From Octopus sinensis (Eukaryota): a stretch of 64,000 nt of DNA. The stretch spans positions 310,001 through 374,000 of the forward strand of contig NC_043006.1 of the NCBI RefSeq assembly GCF_006345805.1. The letters are read 5' to 3'. The notes under the pieces are model-generated. The model worked only from the letters and a program-made list of their open reading frames with translations. It did no database searches and was not told the origin of the DNA. Positions within the stretch are counted from its first letter, which is position 1. Every line of letters starts with the position of its first letter. Shown piece after piece: positions 41,186 to 53,484 of this stretch. The position numbers and the translations under genes were made by a program.

Positions 41186-41431
41186 CTGCCCCTCTGGCAA
41201 ATCTGACATGTCATGTAATGTTATGTCAGATTCGCCATAGGGGCAGACCCAATCCATAACATTACATGACGTTTCAGATTCGCCAGAGGGGCAGACCTAA
41301 TCCATAACATTACATGACTTGTCAGAGATTCGCCAGAGGGGCAGACCTAATCCATAACATTACATTACATGATATGTCGGAGATTCGTCACAGGGGCAGA
41401 CCCAACCCATAACATTACATGACGTCAGATT
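41186..41431. repeat. 48-bp minisatellite (4 units) preceded by one inverted unit
   Basis: TCAGATTCGCCAGAGGGGCAGACCTAATCCATAACATTACATGAC units starting at 41226, 41274, 41322 and 41377; 41186-41225 is a reversed unit. Confidence 0.9.
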
Positions 41432-41544
41432 AATGGAATGAGTACTAGGCTTACAAAGAATAAGTCCTGGGGTTGATTTGTTCGACTAAAAGCATGGCCA
41501 CAGTCAAATGACTGAAACAAGTAAAAGAATAAAAGAACATATAT

Positions 41545-41770
41545 ACACAAGAGGTACTGAAAAGTTCCTGACTTTAAGGGTATCACGAAAAGTGTGGTTG
41601 GAGTCCCAACCTTCTGAGTTCTTTTACAAGGATTAGAAAAATCGAAGGGCCACTGCAATAAGCATGCGAGTCTCTGAGAATGGAATATGCTGGATAAAAT
41701 CTTAAGTAACTGATCCACTTAGATTTCCTTTTACCCAAAGCCAAGAACTTTTCAGCCACCACCCCTCGTA
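41545..41770. mobile_element. Mariner-type MITE
   Basis: Terminal inverted GGTACTGAAAAGTTCCTGACTTT / AAAGCCAAGAACTTTTCAGCCACC..CCCTCGTA. Confidence 0.7.
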
Positions 41771-41790
41771 TATATGTATACATATATATA

Positions 41791-42360
41791 TATTGGGTTA
41801 TCCGGAAAGTTTGTGCCGATTTATAGTAGCTTACCCTTCGACTTATTTTAGAACATGGTTGAGTCCATAAAATAGGATTTGACTACACCTCCATTTAGAG
41901 CACAGTTTAAGCTATCTTTTTGTGGAAGAAGGTTTATGTTCCTATAACCTGTGTTAATTCTGTAACCCTTTAAAATGGAAGATAAGACAATTCATTTTTG
42001 GCATTTGATGCTTTGGGAACCAGACAAAAATTGCTGCAGCTCGGCTGGGATGTATTACCCCACCCTCCATATTCACCAGATATTGCTCCTTTGGATTTCC
42101 ACTTATTCAGATCTCTGCAGAATAGTCTTAATGGTAAAAATTTCAATTCCTTGGATGATGTAAAAAGATACCTTGATGAATTCTTTGCCATGAAACCACC
42201 TCAATTCTGGGAAGAGGGTATTTTCAAGATAAAGGTAAGATGGAGACGCATTGTGCAACAAAATGGTTCATATTTGGTTGATTAAAAATGTAATGGCGAA
42301 TATTTATTGACCTTTTTCTTTCCATTAAAAATCGGCACGAACTTTCTGGATAACCTAATA
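41791..42360 (+). mobile_element. Internally deleted mariner (570 bp) with both TIRs
   Basis: TATTGGGTTATCCGGAAAGTTTGTGCCGATTT / AAATCGGCACGAACTTTCTGGATAACCTAATA; C-terminal ORF HPPYSPDIAPLDFHLFRSLQN. Confidence 0.93.
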
Positions 42361-42722
42361 TATTTCATTTCTGGATTTGGTTTGCAAGATTCTTTACGTG
42401 AGTTTGTGTGTTGAAGCATATTCTGTTGTGTCTGGGGAGAGTCATTCTCTTTTTGTGCCTTGTGGTTTAGCACGCTCACCGGTGGAGTTTCCACTTATTT
42501 CTTTTTTATTTTACTAAAATTTTTGTTGTGTCTTGCAACCTTTTCAATAGTTTTGACTCTGAAAACTATTGAAAGGGTTGCAGGACGCAGTAGGAATTAT
42601 GGAGGAATAGCGGGGAATGGGTGGAAGTTTTACCGGTGAGTGTGTTGAGCTGTAGGGTGCCAGAAGAGAGTGACTATCCCCAGACACAACAGTGTATATA
42701 TATATATATAGAGAGAGAGAGA

Positions 42723-43885
42723 GACCAACTTCCGCCACATTCCAGGGAGAAAAACTAGAAGTAGTTGATAACTTCCGTTACCTAGGTGACCACGTTAGTA
42801 GCGGGGGAGGGTGTGCTGAAAGTGTAGCTGCTAGAATAAGAATAGCCTGGGCAAAGTTCAGAGAGCTCTTACCTCTGCTGGTGACAAAAGGCCTCTCACT
42901 CAGAATAAAAGGCAGACTGTATGATGCATGTATGTGAACAGCCATGCTACATGGCAGTGAAACATGGGCTGTGACTGCTGAGGACATGCGTAAGCTTGCA
43001 AGGAATGAAGACAGTATGATCTGATGGATGTATAATGTCAGTGTGCATACTTGACAGAGTGTAAGTACCTTGAGAGAAAAGTTGGACCTAAGAAGCATCA
43101 GATGTAGTGTGCAAGAGAGACGACTGCACTGGTATGGTCATGTGGCGAAAATGGATGAGGATAGCTGTGTGAAAAAGTGCCAATCCCTAGCAATGGAGGG
43201 AATCCGTGGAAGAGGTAGACCTGGGATGTAGTGGTGAAGCACGACCTTCAAACATTAAGCCTCACCGAGGCAATGACTAGTGACTGAGACTTTTGGAAAT
43301 ATGCTGTGCTTGAGAAGACCTGGCAAGCCAAATGAGACCATAACCCCGTGGCCTATGCCAGTGGTGTAACCAGCCCACTTATGCATGCCTTTCCTTCATT
43401 GGACACTAAACTCTGCTTGTGAAGACCTATTGAGGCAAGTGAAATCGAAATCAAATTTGATGACTGGCATCCGTGCTAGTGGAGCGCTGAGAGCACCATC
43501 TGAGCATGATCATTGCCAGAGCAGCTGACTATCTTTGATGCTGGTGGCACGTAAAAAGCTTCATTTGAGCATCATCGTTACCAGCGTCGCCTTACTGGCA
43601 CTTGTGCCAGTGGTACCTGAAAATCTTTCGGACTGGCTCCTGTGCAGGTGGCACATAAAAAACACCATTTGAGCGTGGCCGTTGCCAGTACCGCCTGACT
43701 GACCCTCCTGCCAGTGGCACGTAAAAAGCACCCACTACACTCATGAAGTGGTTGGCATTGGGAAGGGCATCCAGCTGTAGAAGCACTACCAGATTAAGAT
43801 TGGAGCCTGGTGCAGCCATCTGGTTCACCAGTCCAAATTGTCCAACCCATGCTAGCATGGAAAGTGGACATTAAACAATGATGAT
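42723..43885 (+). mobile_element. RTE-clade LINE 3' end joined to the tandem-unit tail ending in (GAT)n
   Basis: GEKLEVVDNFRYLG...RIAWAKFRELLPLL...KGRLYDAC...HGSETW; after 43440 runs into the abundant GTGCCAC-unit/GGGCATCCAGCTGTAG repeat. Confidence 0.88.
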
Positions 43886-43931
43886 ATATATATATATATA
43901 TATATATACTATACACACATATATATATAAT

Positions 43932-43965
<34 letters not shown>

Positions 43966-43995
43966 ATATATATATACTATACACACATATATATA

Positions 43996-44036
<41 letters not shown>

Positions 44037-44144
44037 ATATATATGTATGTATGTATATATATATGTATGTATGTATATATATATGTATGTATGTATATAT
44101 ATATGTATGTATGTATATATATATGTATGTATATATATATATAT
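43886..44144. repeat. (TA)n/(TATG)n array left of the CR1
   Basis: ATATATATGTATGTATGT units. Confidence 0.95.
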
Positions 44145-46122
44145 GTTAGTTAGTTAGTTAATTTGGCTCAAAAGCAAATAGCAAGGCCATGTAGGGGGAC
44201 ATGGAGTTAAGTACAGGGTGGTGTTCATGTAAAGAGTTCAGGCCACTTGAGGTCCAGGGAGGCTTTGAACAAAGCGGTCGTCGGCATCTTCACCATCTCG
44301 TCTGGCAGCTTGTTCCACGGATCCGCAACCCGGACGGAGAAAGCTCCTCTCCTTCGATTGAGATGAAATCGTCGCAGGTAGAGCTTTTCGGAATGACCCC
44401 GCAGCCGACGCTCCGGAGCAGGAGTAAAGAACAGCTCTTTCGAGAGGTTACACTTCCTGCTTATGATGTTGTGGGCGAGAATGAGATCACCACGGCGGCG
44501 GCGTTTTTCAAGAGAATAAAGGTCGAGCGTCCTTAGCCTTTCTTCGTAGGACAAATTTTTGAGACCATGAACCATGCGGGTAGCCAGCTTCTGGACTCTT
44601 TCGAGATGCTGTATGTCTTAGAGGAGATAAGGAGAAGAGGCTTGAATCCCATACTCCAATATGGGTCTCACCAGCGTGACATAGAGTGGTAGGAATATGG
44701 CTGCTGTGAGCATTCCGAATGACCGTCGAATCAAAAACAGAATTCCGCGCACTTTGTTGGCAGCATGGACGCACTGGGCCGAAGGCGAAAAGGAGGAATC
44801 CACCAAGATACCCAGGTCCTTTACCTGATCGGTCCTCTCCAGCAGCAGACGACCCGGCTCGAAATCAAGTTGAGTTGCAGGAGTAGAGCCGACAGGCAGA
44901 TGACAGCACTTTGACACGTTCAGACACAGGTCCCAATCGTTAGACCACTTCCAAATTTGGTGGAGGCATCGACGAAGATCCTCTATACTACCGCGAGGAG
45001 CGACCAGTTTGATATCGTCAGCAAATAGAAGGGTGTGTTGCGTGAGGTCGTCGGGCAAGTCATTTATGAAGACTAAGAACAACAAGGGCCCAAGCACTGA
45101 ACCTTGAGGCACACCACTGCTCACACTGGAGACGTCGGACCGCGAACCATTAACTTGAACTTGGAAGGAGCGATCTGAGAGGAAGGCACCAACCCATCGT
45201 ACAATCTCCGGATGGAAACTATATGCTTGAAGCTTGACAAGTAGTAGGCGGTGGTTTACCGAGTCAAAAGCTTTGGCAAAGTCCAATAAAACGATGCCAA
45301 CAGCATCACTATCATCGAGGATGCGCGTCACCAATTCTTCCATTACTAGTAAGTTGGTCAAGCATGATCTCTTCAGCACGAAGCCGTGTTGGGAATCAGA
45401 GATAGAGGCTGTGTTTAGGAGGTGGAGCATCATACTTTTCTTAAGGATGGTTTCGAACATCTTGCTGATTATTGATGTAAGGGAAACCGGTCGGTAGTTA
45501 AGCGGGTCTTCGCGGCTCCCTTTCTTGAAAATTGGGCAGATTATCGCTGTTCTCCAGTCTGCAGGTATAACACCCGTCGCCAATGACATATTGAATAGTC
45601 GTGTTAAGGGCTCGCAGATGATGGGAGCCAACGCTTTGATAACCCGTGGGTGTATGCCGTCAGGGCCGTGACCCTTGTTGACATCGAGGCCTTGAATAAC
45701 ACGTTTGACTTCGTCCCGCGTGATGACCAATCGAAGCATTGGAGGTACCGATCTATCAAATGGAGGGGGTTCACGACCATCATCTTGTTTGAAAATAGTT
45801 GAAAAAGCCTCGGCAAATAATTGACTCTGTGTTGATAAGGGTCCTCAATCGATACGCCTGTTGAGTCTACCAACGTTGCAATCTGGTTGTTCAAGCGGGA
45901 ATTCCGCCGGACATGGGCAAAGAAGGTTTTTGGATTGCTACTGGCATTTGCCGCGATTTTGTATTCATAACTGAAGCGTTCTTTCTTTTCAATTTTCACG
46001 GCTCGGTCTCTTTGAGTTTTGTACACCTCAAAAGCTGCAGTCGAATCCAGATTTTTGAATTCAGCCCAAGCAATATCTCTGAGTCAACGTTCTCGTTTAA
46101 CCTCCTTCGTCACCCAGGGCTT
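44145..46122 (-). mobile_element. 5'-truncated CR1/L2-type non-LTR retrotransposon (RT domain and 3' end)
   Basis: ORF 44618..45739 has GPDGI, YRPVSLTS, QHGF, DFAKAFD, GVPQGSVLGP and FADD motifs; continues in frame through one TAA into ORF 44225..44575; one frameshift near 45830; (TAAC)n 3' tail at 44145-44160. Confidence 0.93.
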
Positions 46123-46129
46123 ATGTATG

Positions 46130-46164
<35 letters not shown>

Positions 46165-46255
46165 GTATGTATATATATATGTATGTATATATATATGTAT
46201 GTATATATGTATGTATATATATATGTATGTATGTATATATATATATATATGTATG

Positions 46256-46321
<66 letters not shown>

Positions 46322-46561
46322 TATGTATGTATGTATATATATTTGTATGTATGTATATATATATATGTATGTATGTATATATATATGTATGTATGTATAT
46401 GTATATATATATGTATGTATGTATATATATATATGTATGTATGTATGTATATATATATGTATGTATGTATATATATATATATGTATGTATATATATATAT
46501 ATCTGTATGTATGTATATATATATATATATGTATGTATGTATATATATATATATATGTATG

Positions 46562-46592
<31 letters not shown>

Positions 46593-46593
46593 G
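46123..46593. repeat. (TA)n/(TATG)n array right of the CR1
   Basis: Same unit type as 44030-44144. Confidence 0.95.
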
Positions 46594-47278
46594 TAAAGGG
46601 TAAAGACCCCCTTCGGTCATGAATGACCATGGGATTGCACCTAGAAAGTTACCCTCCAAGACACAAGTCCGGGCAAGGTTGTTTATAGAAGACCAGCAGT
46701 CGCCCATGCATACCAGCCTCCCCTCTCCACGCCACCAGTGTTATCCAAGGGAAAGACAAAGGCTGATACAGCTTGGCACCTGTGACGTCGCAACTCATTC
46801 ATACAGCTGAGTGAACTGGAGCAACGTGAAATAAAGTGCTTTGCCCAAGAACACAACACGCAGCCCGGTCCGGGATTCGAGCTCACAACCTCACGATCAT
46901 AAGCTCGATGCTCTTTATGTATGTATATATATATATATATGTATGTATGTATATATATATATATGTATGTATATATATATATATATAATTACAATAAGCC
47001 ATGTGTGAGTTACAAATATTGTTATCTGTGGAGACATATTTTTGTAGAAAAAAGAAATAGCAGTCTTTTGGCTGCTATTTCTAAAATTTTTGGTATGTGG
47101 TCAAGCAACTTGTTGCTAAACCCTTATTGTTATAATTATATATAAAAATACTTTTTGTGTAAGTTTTTACCAAATATGGTTCTTTTCCATACCGAAAAAC
47201 TACTGGGTGAAATTTGTTAATTTTATTAAATTAATAATTTTTTCACCCTGTATCTGTAATGATTATATACATATATAT

Positions 47279-47700
47279 ATATGGGTGTTCATTAAAGATT
47301 TCCCCTGACCCACTTCCCAAGAACAGGGATAAACGAAACAAGGCATAATTCTTAGTCCTTCTCTACATAGCTGCCACCAATGGTGACACACTGCCTCCAT
47401 CGCTTTATGCAGCTGTGAAGACCTCGTCTGTAGAAGTCGGTAGATTGCATCTGGAGTCAAGACTTTTCTTCAGAAATAAATTCCTCATCGTCTGAAAAGT
47501 GCTTCTCCTTCAAAAAAGACTTCACGGTTGGAAAGAGGTGGAAGTCAGATGGTGCAAGGTTGGGAGAGAAAAGGGTATGACAAAAGGTTTCGTAGCCGTA
47601 GGAGGGTGCTTTTCATCTGGGCAACACGGGCATTGTGAACTTTACAGAATGTGCCGGGTGTCAATATGTCTGATAAAGTTTAAAGATATTAGCTTAACCT
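47279..47700 (-). mobile_element. Mariner 3' fragment
   Basis: Minus strand reads FSPNLAPSDFHLFPTVKSFLKEKHFSDDEE. Confidence 0.8.
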
Positions 47701-49249
47701 CCAAATCCATAGGGAGACAGAGAGAGAGAGATGTACATACATTGATATAAATATTTATAAAATAAGAAATAATGAAGGCAGGAAGTATCTTACTAGGCAA
47801 AAAGAGAAAGATAACCTTTTTACTTTTGTATCACAATACTCTGAGCAAACTACAACTGGATTTATATATGGATATATTTATATATCAGTAATTAAGCTAG
47901 AATTTGATGATGTGTCATATAATAGTTTAATGTTATTGACAATAATCTAATTACCCACCACTAATTAATTGCTGAATACTTTTCTCTGAATTGAAAAAAA
48001 AAAAAAACGAGTAATATTTCCTGGAAGACTTATTTCATTTTGTTTCTACAACAGTACTGCCATTTCAGTATGTATGTACGTACATACATACACACACACA
48101 CACACGTACACACACGCATATGTGTACTTGTTGCTATTTTATTTTCATGGTAGCAATACTGAAGTTGTCATTTCTTAGGGGTCCGTCAGAATCTCACACA
48201 TAAAAGGATGTACTGAGTGCTTTTTGTGACACTGGCACTAGACGGGTTGCGATGTTCTCAACACAACTAAAAGGATTCCACTGGGCTCACTCACTAGCCC
48301 CTTCATAGAGTGAGAAGATTGAGAGACAGGGATATGAAGGTTAGTGATGAGAGGGATATGTGATTGGGGTGTGGGGTGGAATTATAAGAGTACTCAGTAT
48401 TATGAGACAGGTATATTTATTCAATGGCAATGTTCATATACTCAGCAGTGTTTAAACTTAATGGATTCGTCAGAAGGAGCTCCACTCAATATTCGCAGGC
48501 TTTTATATATACACACAGGTGTAAACAAACACAGACACCTTTAGCAAGTATCTTTTACAACAGACTTAGTCCAACCAAAACTTTCAGAGCAGCGGATTTG
48601 GTTGACAGAAACTAAAAGAAGCCCATCATATATATATATATATAACTCCAATAAAGTTAGAGGTTGTGGGTCCAACCCACTAAGGGATAATACTTATCCA
48701 ATATACTGCTGGTAGAATACCCAATTAATTAATAGACAAGTGTTTTTTATTGCATTACCGAGTGTATTAAATGGGTGAGGGTAAAGAGTTATTTTACCAT
48801 TGATTTATATAGAAAATATAAAATATATAAGAAAATGGAGGAGATCAATAGGTGGTTCATCAACTTTTAGACATTATATTATGTTAACTTATTTATTTAT
48901 TTTCTAAACTGATAATTACAATAATATACATACATATAACCTATTATTCTTTACATATAAGATATATCAGATATAAAATATAGTAATATATAAGGATACC
49001 AGTAATTATTATAAAATAACAAACATGAATATAAATTGGGATATATATAGCTAGGGGTAAAATTCACCAAAGGATTATTAAGTATCCGAAGAATTTACTG
49101 GTTTATGTTTCCTATAACAATAACAATGTTATTCCAATAGGTAAATATAATATTCTAATGGTCAGATTCTTAATATTTAGATTTGAATTAATATATAAAA
49201 TAATGTTTTAACATAAATAAATACATGTGTGTATGAATTGTATACGTAT

Positions 49250-49890
49250 GCATGAGTGGTTGTGTGGTAAGTAGCTTGCTTACCAACCACATAGTTCTGG
49301 GTTCAGTCCCACTGCATGGCACCTTGGGCAAGTGTCTTCTACTATAGCCTTGGGCTGACCAAAGCCTTGCAAGTGGATTTGGTTGACAGAAACTGAAAGA
49401 AGCTCATTGTATATATGTATATATATATTTGTGTGTCTGTGTTTGTCTTCCCACATCGCTTGACAATCGATGTTGGTGTGCTTACATCCCCTTAACTTAG
49501 CAGTTCAGCAAAAGAGACTGATAGAATAAGTACTCGGCTTACAGAGAATAAGTCCTGGGGGTCAATTTGCTCGACTAAAGATGGTGCTCCAGCATGGTCA
49601 CAGTCAAGTGACTGAAACGTGTAAAAGAATAAAAGAATATAAGCGAAGGAGTCGCTGTGTGATAAGTAGCTTGCTTACCAACCACATGGTTCTGGGTTCA
49701 GTCCCACTGCATGGCACCTTCTACTATAGCCTTCAGCTGACCAAAACCTTGTGAGTGGATTTGGTAGATGGAAACTGAAAGAAGGCCATCGTATATATGT
49801 GTGTGTGTCTGTGTTTTGTCTCCCCACCATTGCTTGACAACTGATGCTGATGTGTTTGTGTCCCCGTAACTTAGTGGTTGAGCAAAAAAA
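49250..49890 (+). mobile_element. Two tandem SINE family A copies
   Basis: Full copy 49250-49640 immediately followed by a second, 3'-truncated copy. Confidence 0.85.
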
Positions 49891-49921
49891 AATGTGTTTA
49901 TATATATATATACATATATAG

Positions 49922-49952
<31 letters not shown>

Positions 49953-51029
49953 GATGAATAACTAAACTTGTGTATGTGACTAAGCATGTGTGTATACGTA
50001 TGTGTGTGTGTATGTATACATAAATGATATGTGTATGTGTGTATATATAACTATATATAAATATGTATATATAAACGTGTGTGTGTAGTGTAATAAAATC
50101 AATTATAGAACTGAATATTTATAGATTTAAATTTAGGAATTTATGTAATTTCAGTTAGATTATTTACTCATTTATGATTATGCTCGCTCTTAAAAAGCGT
50201 TTTCAAAAAGCCTTAGCAGTTATAAATATTTTCAATTGATATTTTTTGTGAAATATGGAAGCAGATATATCTATCTGATGAAGCATCATTACATATTTGA
50301 ACAGATTTGATTATTCTTGAAAATTTTTGTTTTATTGATGAAGCAGAAACAGCTGTAATTTATGAGATGTGTCATTTGTTTGTATAAAATATTGAAATTG
50401 AATTGAATTTATAATTGCTCAATTTATTGTTTTGTTTTCCACTGGTCCAAAATATTCATATGGATCTCTATGTTGACAGTATCAGTCCAATGATGCATGT
50501 CCCAGAAACAGCACACCAAACAACAATTTTTTTTTATTGTGGATTGGTTGCTCATACACAAAATGAGGATTCTACACCTCCCGGTACCATGTGTTTTGTG
50601 AATTTACGTGACTAGAGAGATGAAACCATGTCTCATCCCTCGTTATGCACAGGAATGGGTGTAGCTCACCATTAGCAATGTTATTTAATTACTGACACTT
50701 GGTCAGTAATGACAAGAAGGGTTCAAGTTGGGCTGATCAATAAAACAGCCTGCTTGTGAAATTAATGTGCTTGTGGCTGAGTATTCTTCAGATACATGTT
50801 CCCTTTATGTAGTTCTGAGGAAGATTCAGTGTGACACAAGAATGTGACAAGGCCGGCCCTTGGAAATATAGGTACTACTCATTTTTGCCAGCTGAGTGGA
50901 CTGGAGCAATATGAAATAAAGTTTCTTGCTCAAAGACACAATGCATCGTCAGGAATTGAAATCATGACCTTATGATCGTGAGCCAAATACCCTAACTGTT
51001 AAGCCATGCACATTCACTAATTGCTGTAC

Positions 51030-52990
51030 ACATGAAATGATATGGCTTCAACTTAAGTGTTCAGCAGAGTTATGGGTCTGAAGTTCCCTATCTTGTCCCC
51101 CTTGCTCGGGTCCTTCCTGATCAACATCACCACCCCCGGCTCGCAGACTTGGGAATTCTCCCATTCTGCTGCCAATTGACGTAGACGCTGGCCAGCAGGT
51201 GCCCGAACAAGTCTGGCATAGTTTTGTAGAATTCATAAGGCAGACCATCAAGACCCAGCGACTTCTTCTCGGGGCATTCGCCCAGTACCTCGATTACCTC
51301 CTTGGCCGTGATTGGTCCTTCACAGCACTCAGCCTCTCGTGCCGAGAGACGTGGACCGTCAGACAGGAAGTCCCTAAGGGCCTCGCCATGATCCAGCACC
51401 CCACCACTCCCAAACAACTCGGCAAAGTGCTTGTGAATTGCCTCACACATCTCGTCCTGTCCATCGACCGAACTCCCATTGTCATCCACGAGAGACCTAA
51501 TTGTGGCATCATTGCCATGCTGGGTTTCTACCGTATGGTCCCATCCAGCAACATTAATTTTCTCATGGCCCAATGTGCGCACTTTAGTCCGAACTTTGCA
51601 CCCCTCATGTTTGGCTTTGAGGTGACGGTCCAAGGCCGTTCTCACTGCCAAAATGTGAGATGCAGAGCCTAACCTCAACGTCTCCTCTAGGTGCTTAACT
51701 AGTTGCCCTTCTATTCTGGCCCTATCTAGTCTTAGCTGATGGCTAAACTTAATGGACTCAAAACGAATGGCTCTCTTCAGAGCGAACCACCATCGGTTAT
51801 TAACCACGGTTGATGCCCTCTATACTAATTCCTCAATCCGGCTACAGTGTGCCTCACAAGCCAAAATAGACTTGTTCAGCTTCCAGTAGCCGGATCCTTT
51901 CTTAACTGTACTCTCTATGTACAGTTTACACTTAACCATTCTATGGTCAGTGTATGGTACTTGGACAAGCTGTGGACAGCTAAAACTAGACTTATCTCCA
52001 GTTCTTATCACTATTCTATCTAAATCGGATTTGAACCTTCTGTCGCCACTCATCCAGGTCCACTCTGGGACATTCGGATGGTCAAGTCTGTAACGATCTG
52101 CCAGCTGAAACCACTTGAGCAGATCCACGAGACGTGAGTTTACTTTCCTATAGATCGAGTCAACGCTATTGATGCACGCATCAACAATAGCATTATAGTC
52201 ACCTAAAACCACTAATGTCTTCGACGTCACGAGAAAGTTCTCTCGGCACCGATAAAAATCAGTTTGAAATCCTCTAGCACAAGGTGCATAGATCCCGATC
52301 AACCTGAAGGCCTTACTGCTGTATGTCACATCAAGGACGACCAGCCCACCTTCTGGATCTACATAGACTGTACTTGTCTGCAGAGCCAAGCCTTTTCGAA
52401 CCAGTACTACTACACCCACTCGCTCTCCGGTCCGGCTAGGAGACATGATTTTCTCATAGTCATTCAGGAGGGGCGAGAAGGCTTGTAGACTGTCCAGCTT
52501 GGTCTCTGTAGCAACCATCACATGCATATCGTGTGATCTGAGGTCGTCGAGGAAACAAGCGTGCTTCTACTTCGAGCTCAGACCACGCACATTCAAACAT
52601 CCAAGGTTAAGTGCAGTCATTTAAAACAAAAGAAAAGCAAGGGTTCTACTTACTCTTTGACTTTTCCTTTTATTGGTGATGCTGGGGCTGATCTCACCAC
52701 ACGTGAGGCAGTCCTTTCCTCCTGCTCCTTCAAATACCGCAGAAGGTCCGGAATGTTCGTGATGGTCCTCGGATGCCTACCCTTCATTTCATTATACAAT
52801 TTTTCTGGTATCCAGGCACATCTCCCTTCCGTGCCTTCAGGCTGCTGCAACAGCTCCACGGTGTGGTGCTTTTTTAAAATGTCCATAATATATTTATCCC
52901 TGGTATCAAACTTTACCAGGGTTTTTGTTCCGTCTTTGTTCTTTTTTTAGTTTCTCTTCTGGGACAGTGGAGCGGGATCTTTTTTTTTTC
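51030..52990 (-). mobile_element. L1/Tx1-clade LINE fragment (ORF1 remnant, APE endonuclease, start of RT), 3' part missing
   Basis: ORF 51820..52527 has ETKL, IYAP, GDYN, DRI, DHR and GYWKLN motifs; ORF 51127..51807 has KSLGLDGLPYEFY; NFRPITLLNT at about 51060-51090. Confidence 0.9.
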
Positions 52991-53246
52991 TCTGTGGTGT
53001 GCTGTTTTTCTTCTTTTATTTTTTGAATTTTCAGAAAAATTTGTGTTCTACACACAGGAATTCATATAATTCATTAAAAAAATGTTCTAACCTTCCATTT
53101 CCAGAATAATCTGAAAATTTCCACTCTTTTTTTATTGAATTGTTTTTTAAATCTTTGAATTTCTTGCTTAACTTCCAGCAGTGGACCAACCTTGGGTACA
53201 TCATCATTCCATTAAATGTGTTTATGGGGAGAAAAAAATTGAAAAA

Positions 53247-53484
53247 CTAGCAGTATCGCCTGGCGTTGCTCAGGTTTGTAAGGGAAATAACTATATAAGC
53301 ATTTTTAGAGAGTTATAGCCAAAAAATAGCAAAAAAATGCATTAAAAATGGAAAAGAAAATTATGGTAAATTTTTTTTTAAATCGTTGACTCATCGTTTA
53401 AACTGCACCGCAAAATGTGGGAGTAGTTAGGAATCTAAATCGTAGGAGACGGACAGCACACAACCTCTCTTTTATATATAAAGA
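53247..53484 (-). mobile_element. Shorter copy of the same Helitron
   Basis: Same 5' block (GATTTAGATTCCTAACTACTCCCACATTTTGCGGTGCAGTTT) and 3' hairpin/CTAG. Confidence 0.85.

Noticed and set aside
41226-41431. CRISPR-like array
   Set aside because: Units are contiguous tandem repeats without unique spacers, and the context is eukaryotic with no cas genes
45913-46707. Long ORFs of MYIY/IYIH type (also at 13570-14020, 43878-44153, 60881-61300, 63009-63381)
   Set aside because: Translations of TA/TG/CA microsatellites
48640-49230. Very AT-rich block suspected to be a mitochondrial insertion
   Set aside because: No recognisable mitochondrial protein, tRNA or rRNA motif seen; more likely an unclassified repeat (BLAST needed)
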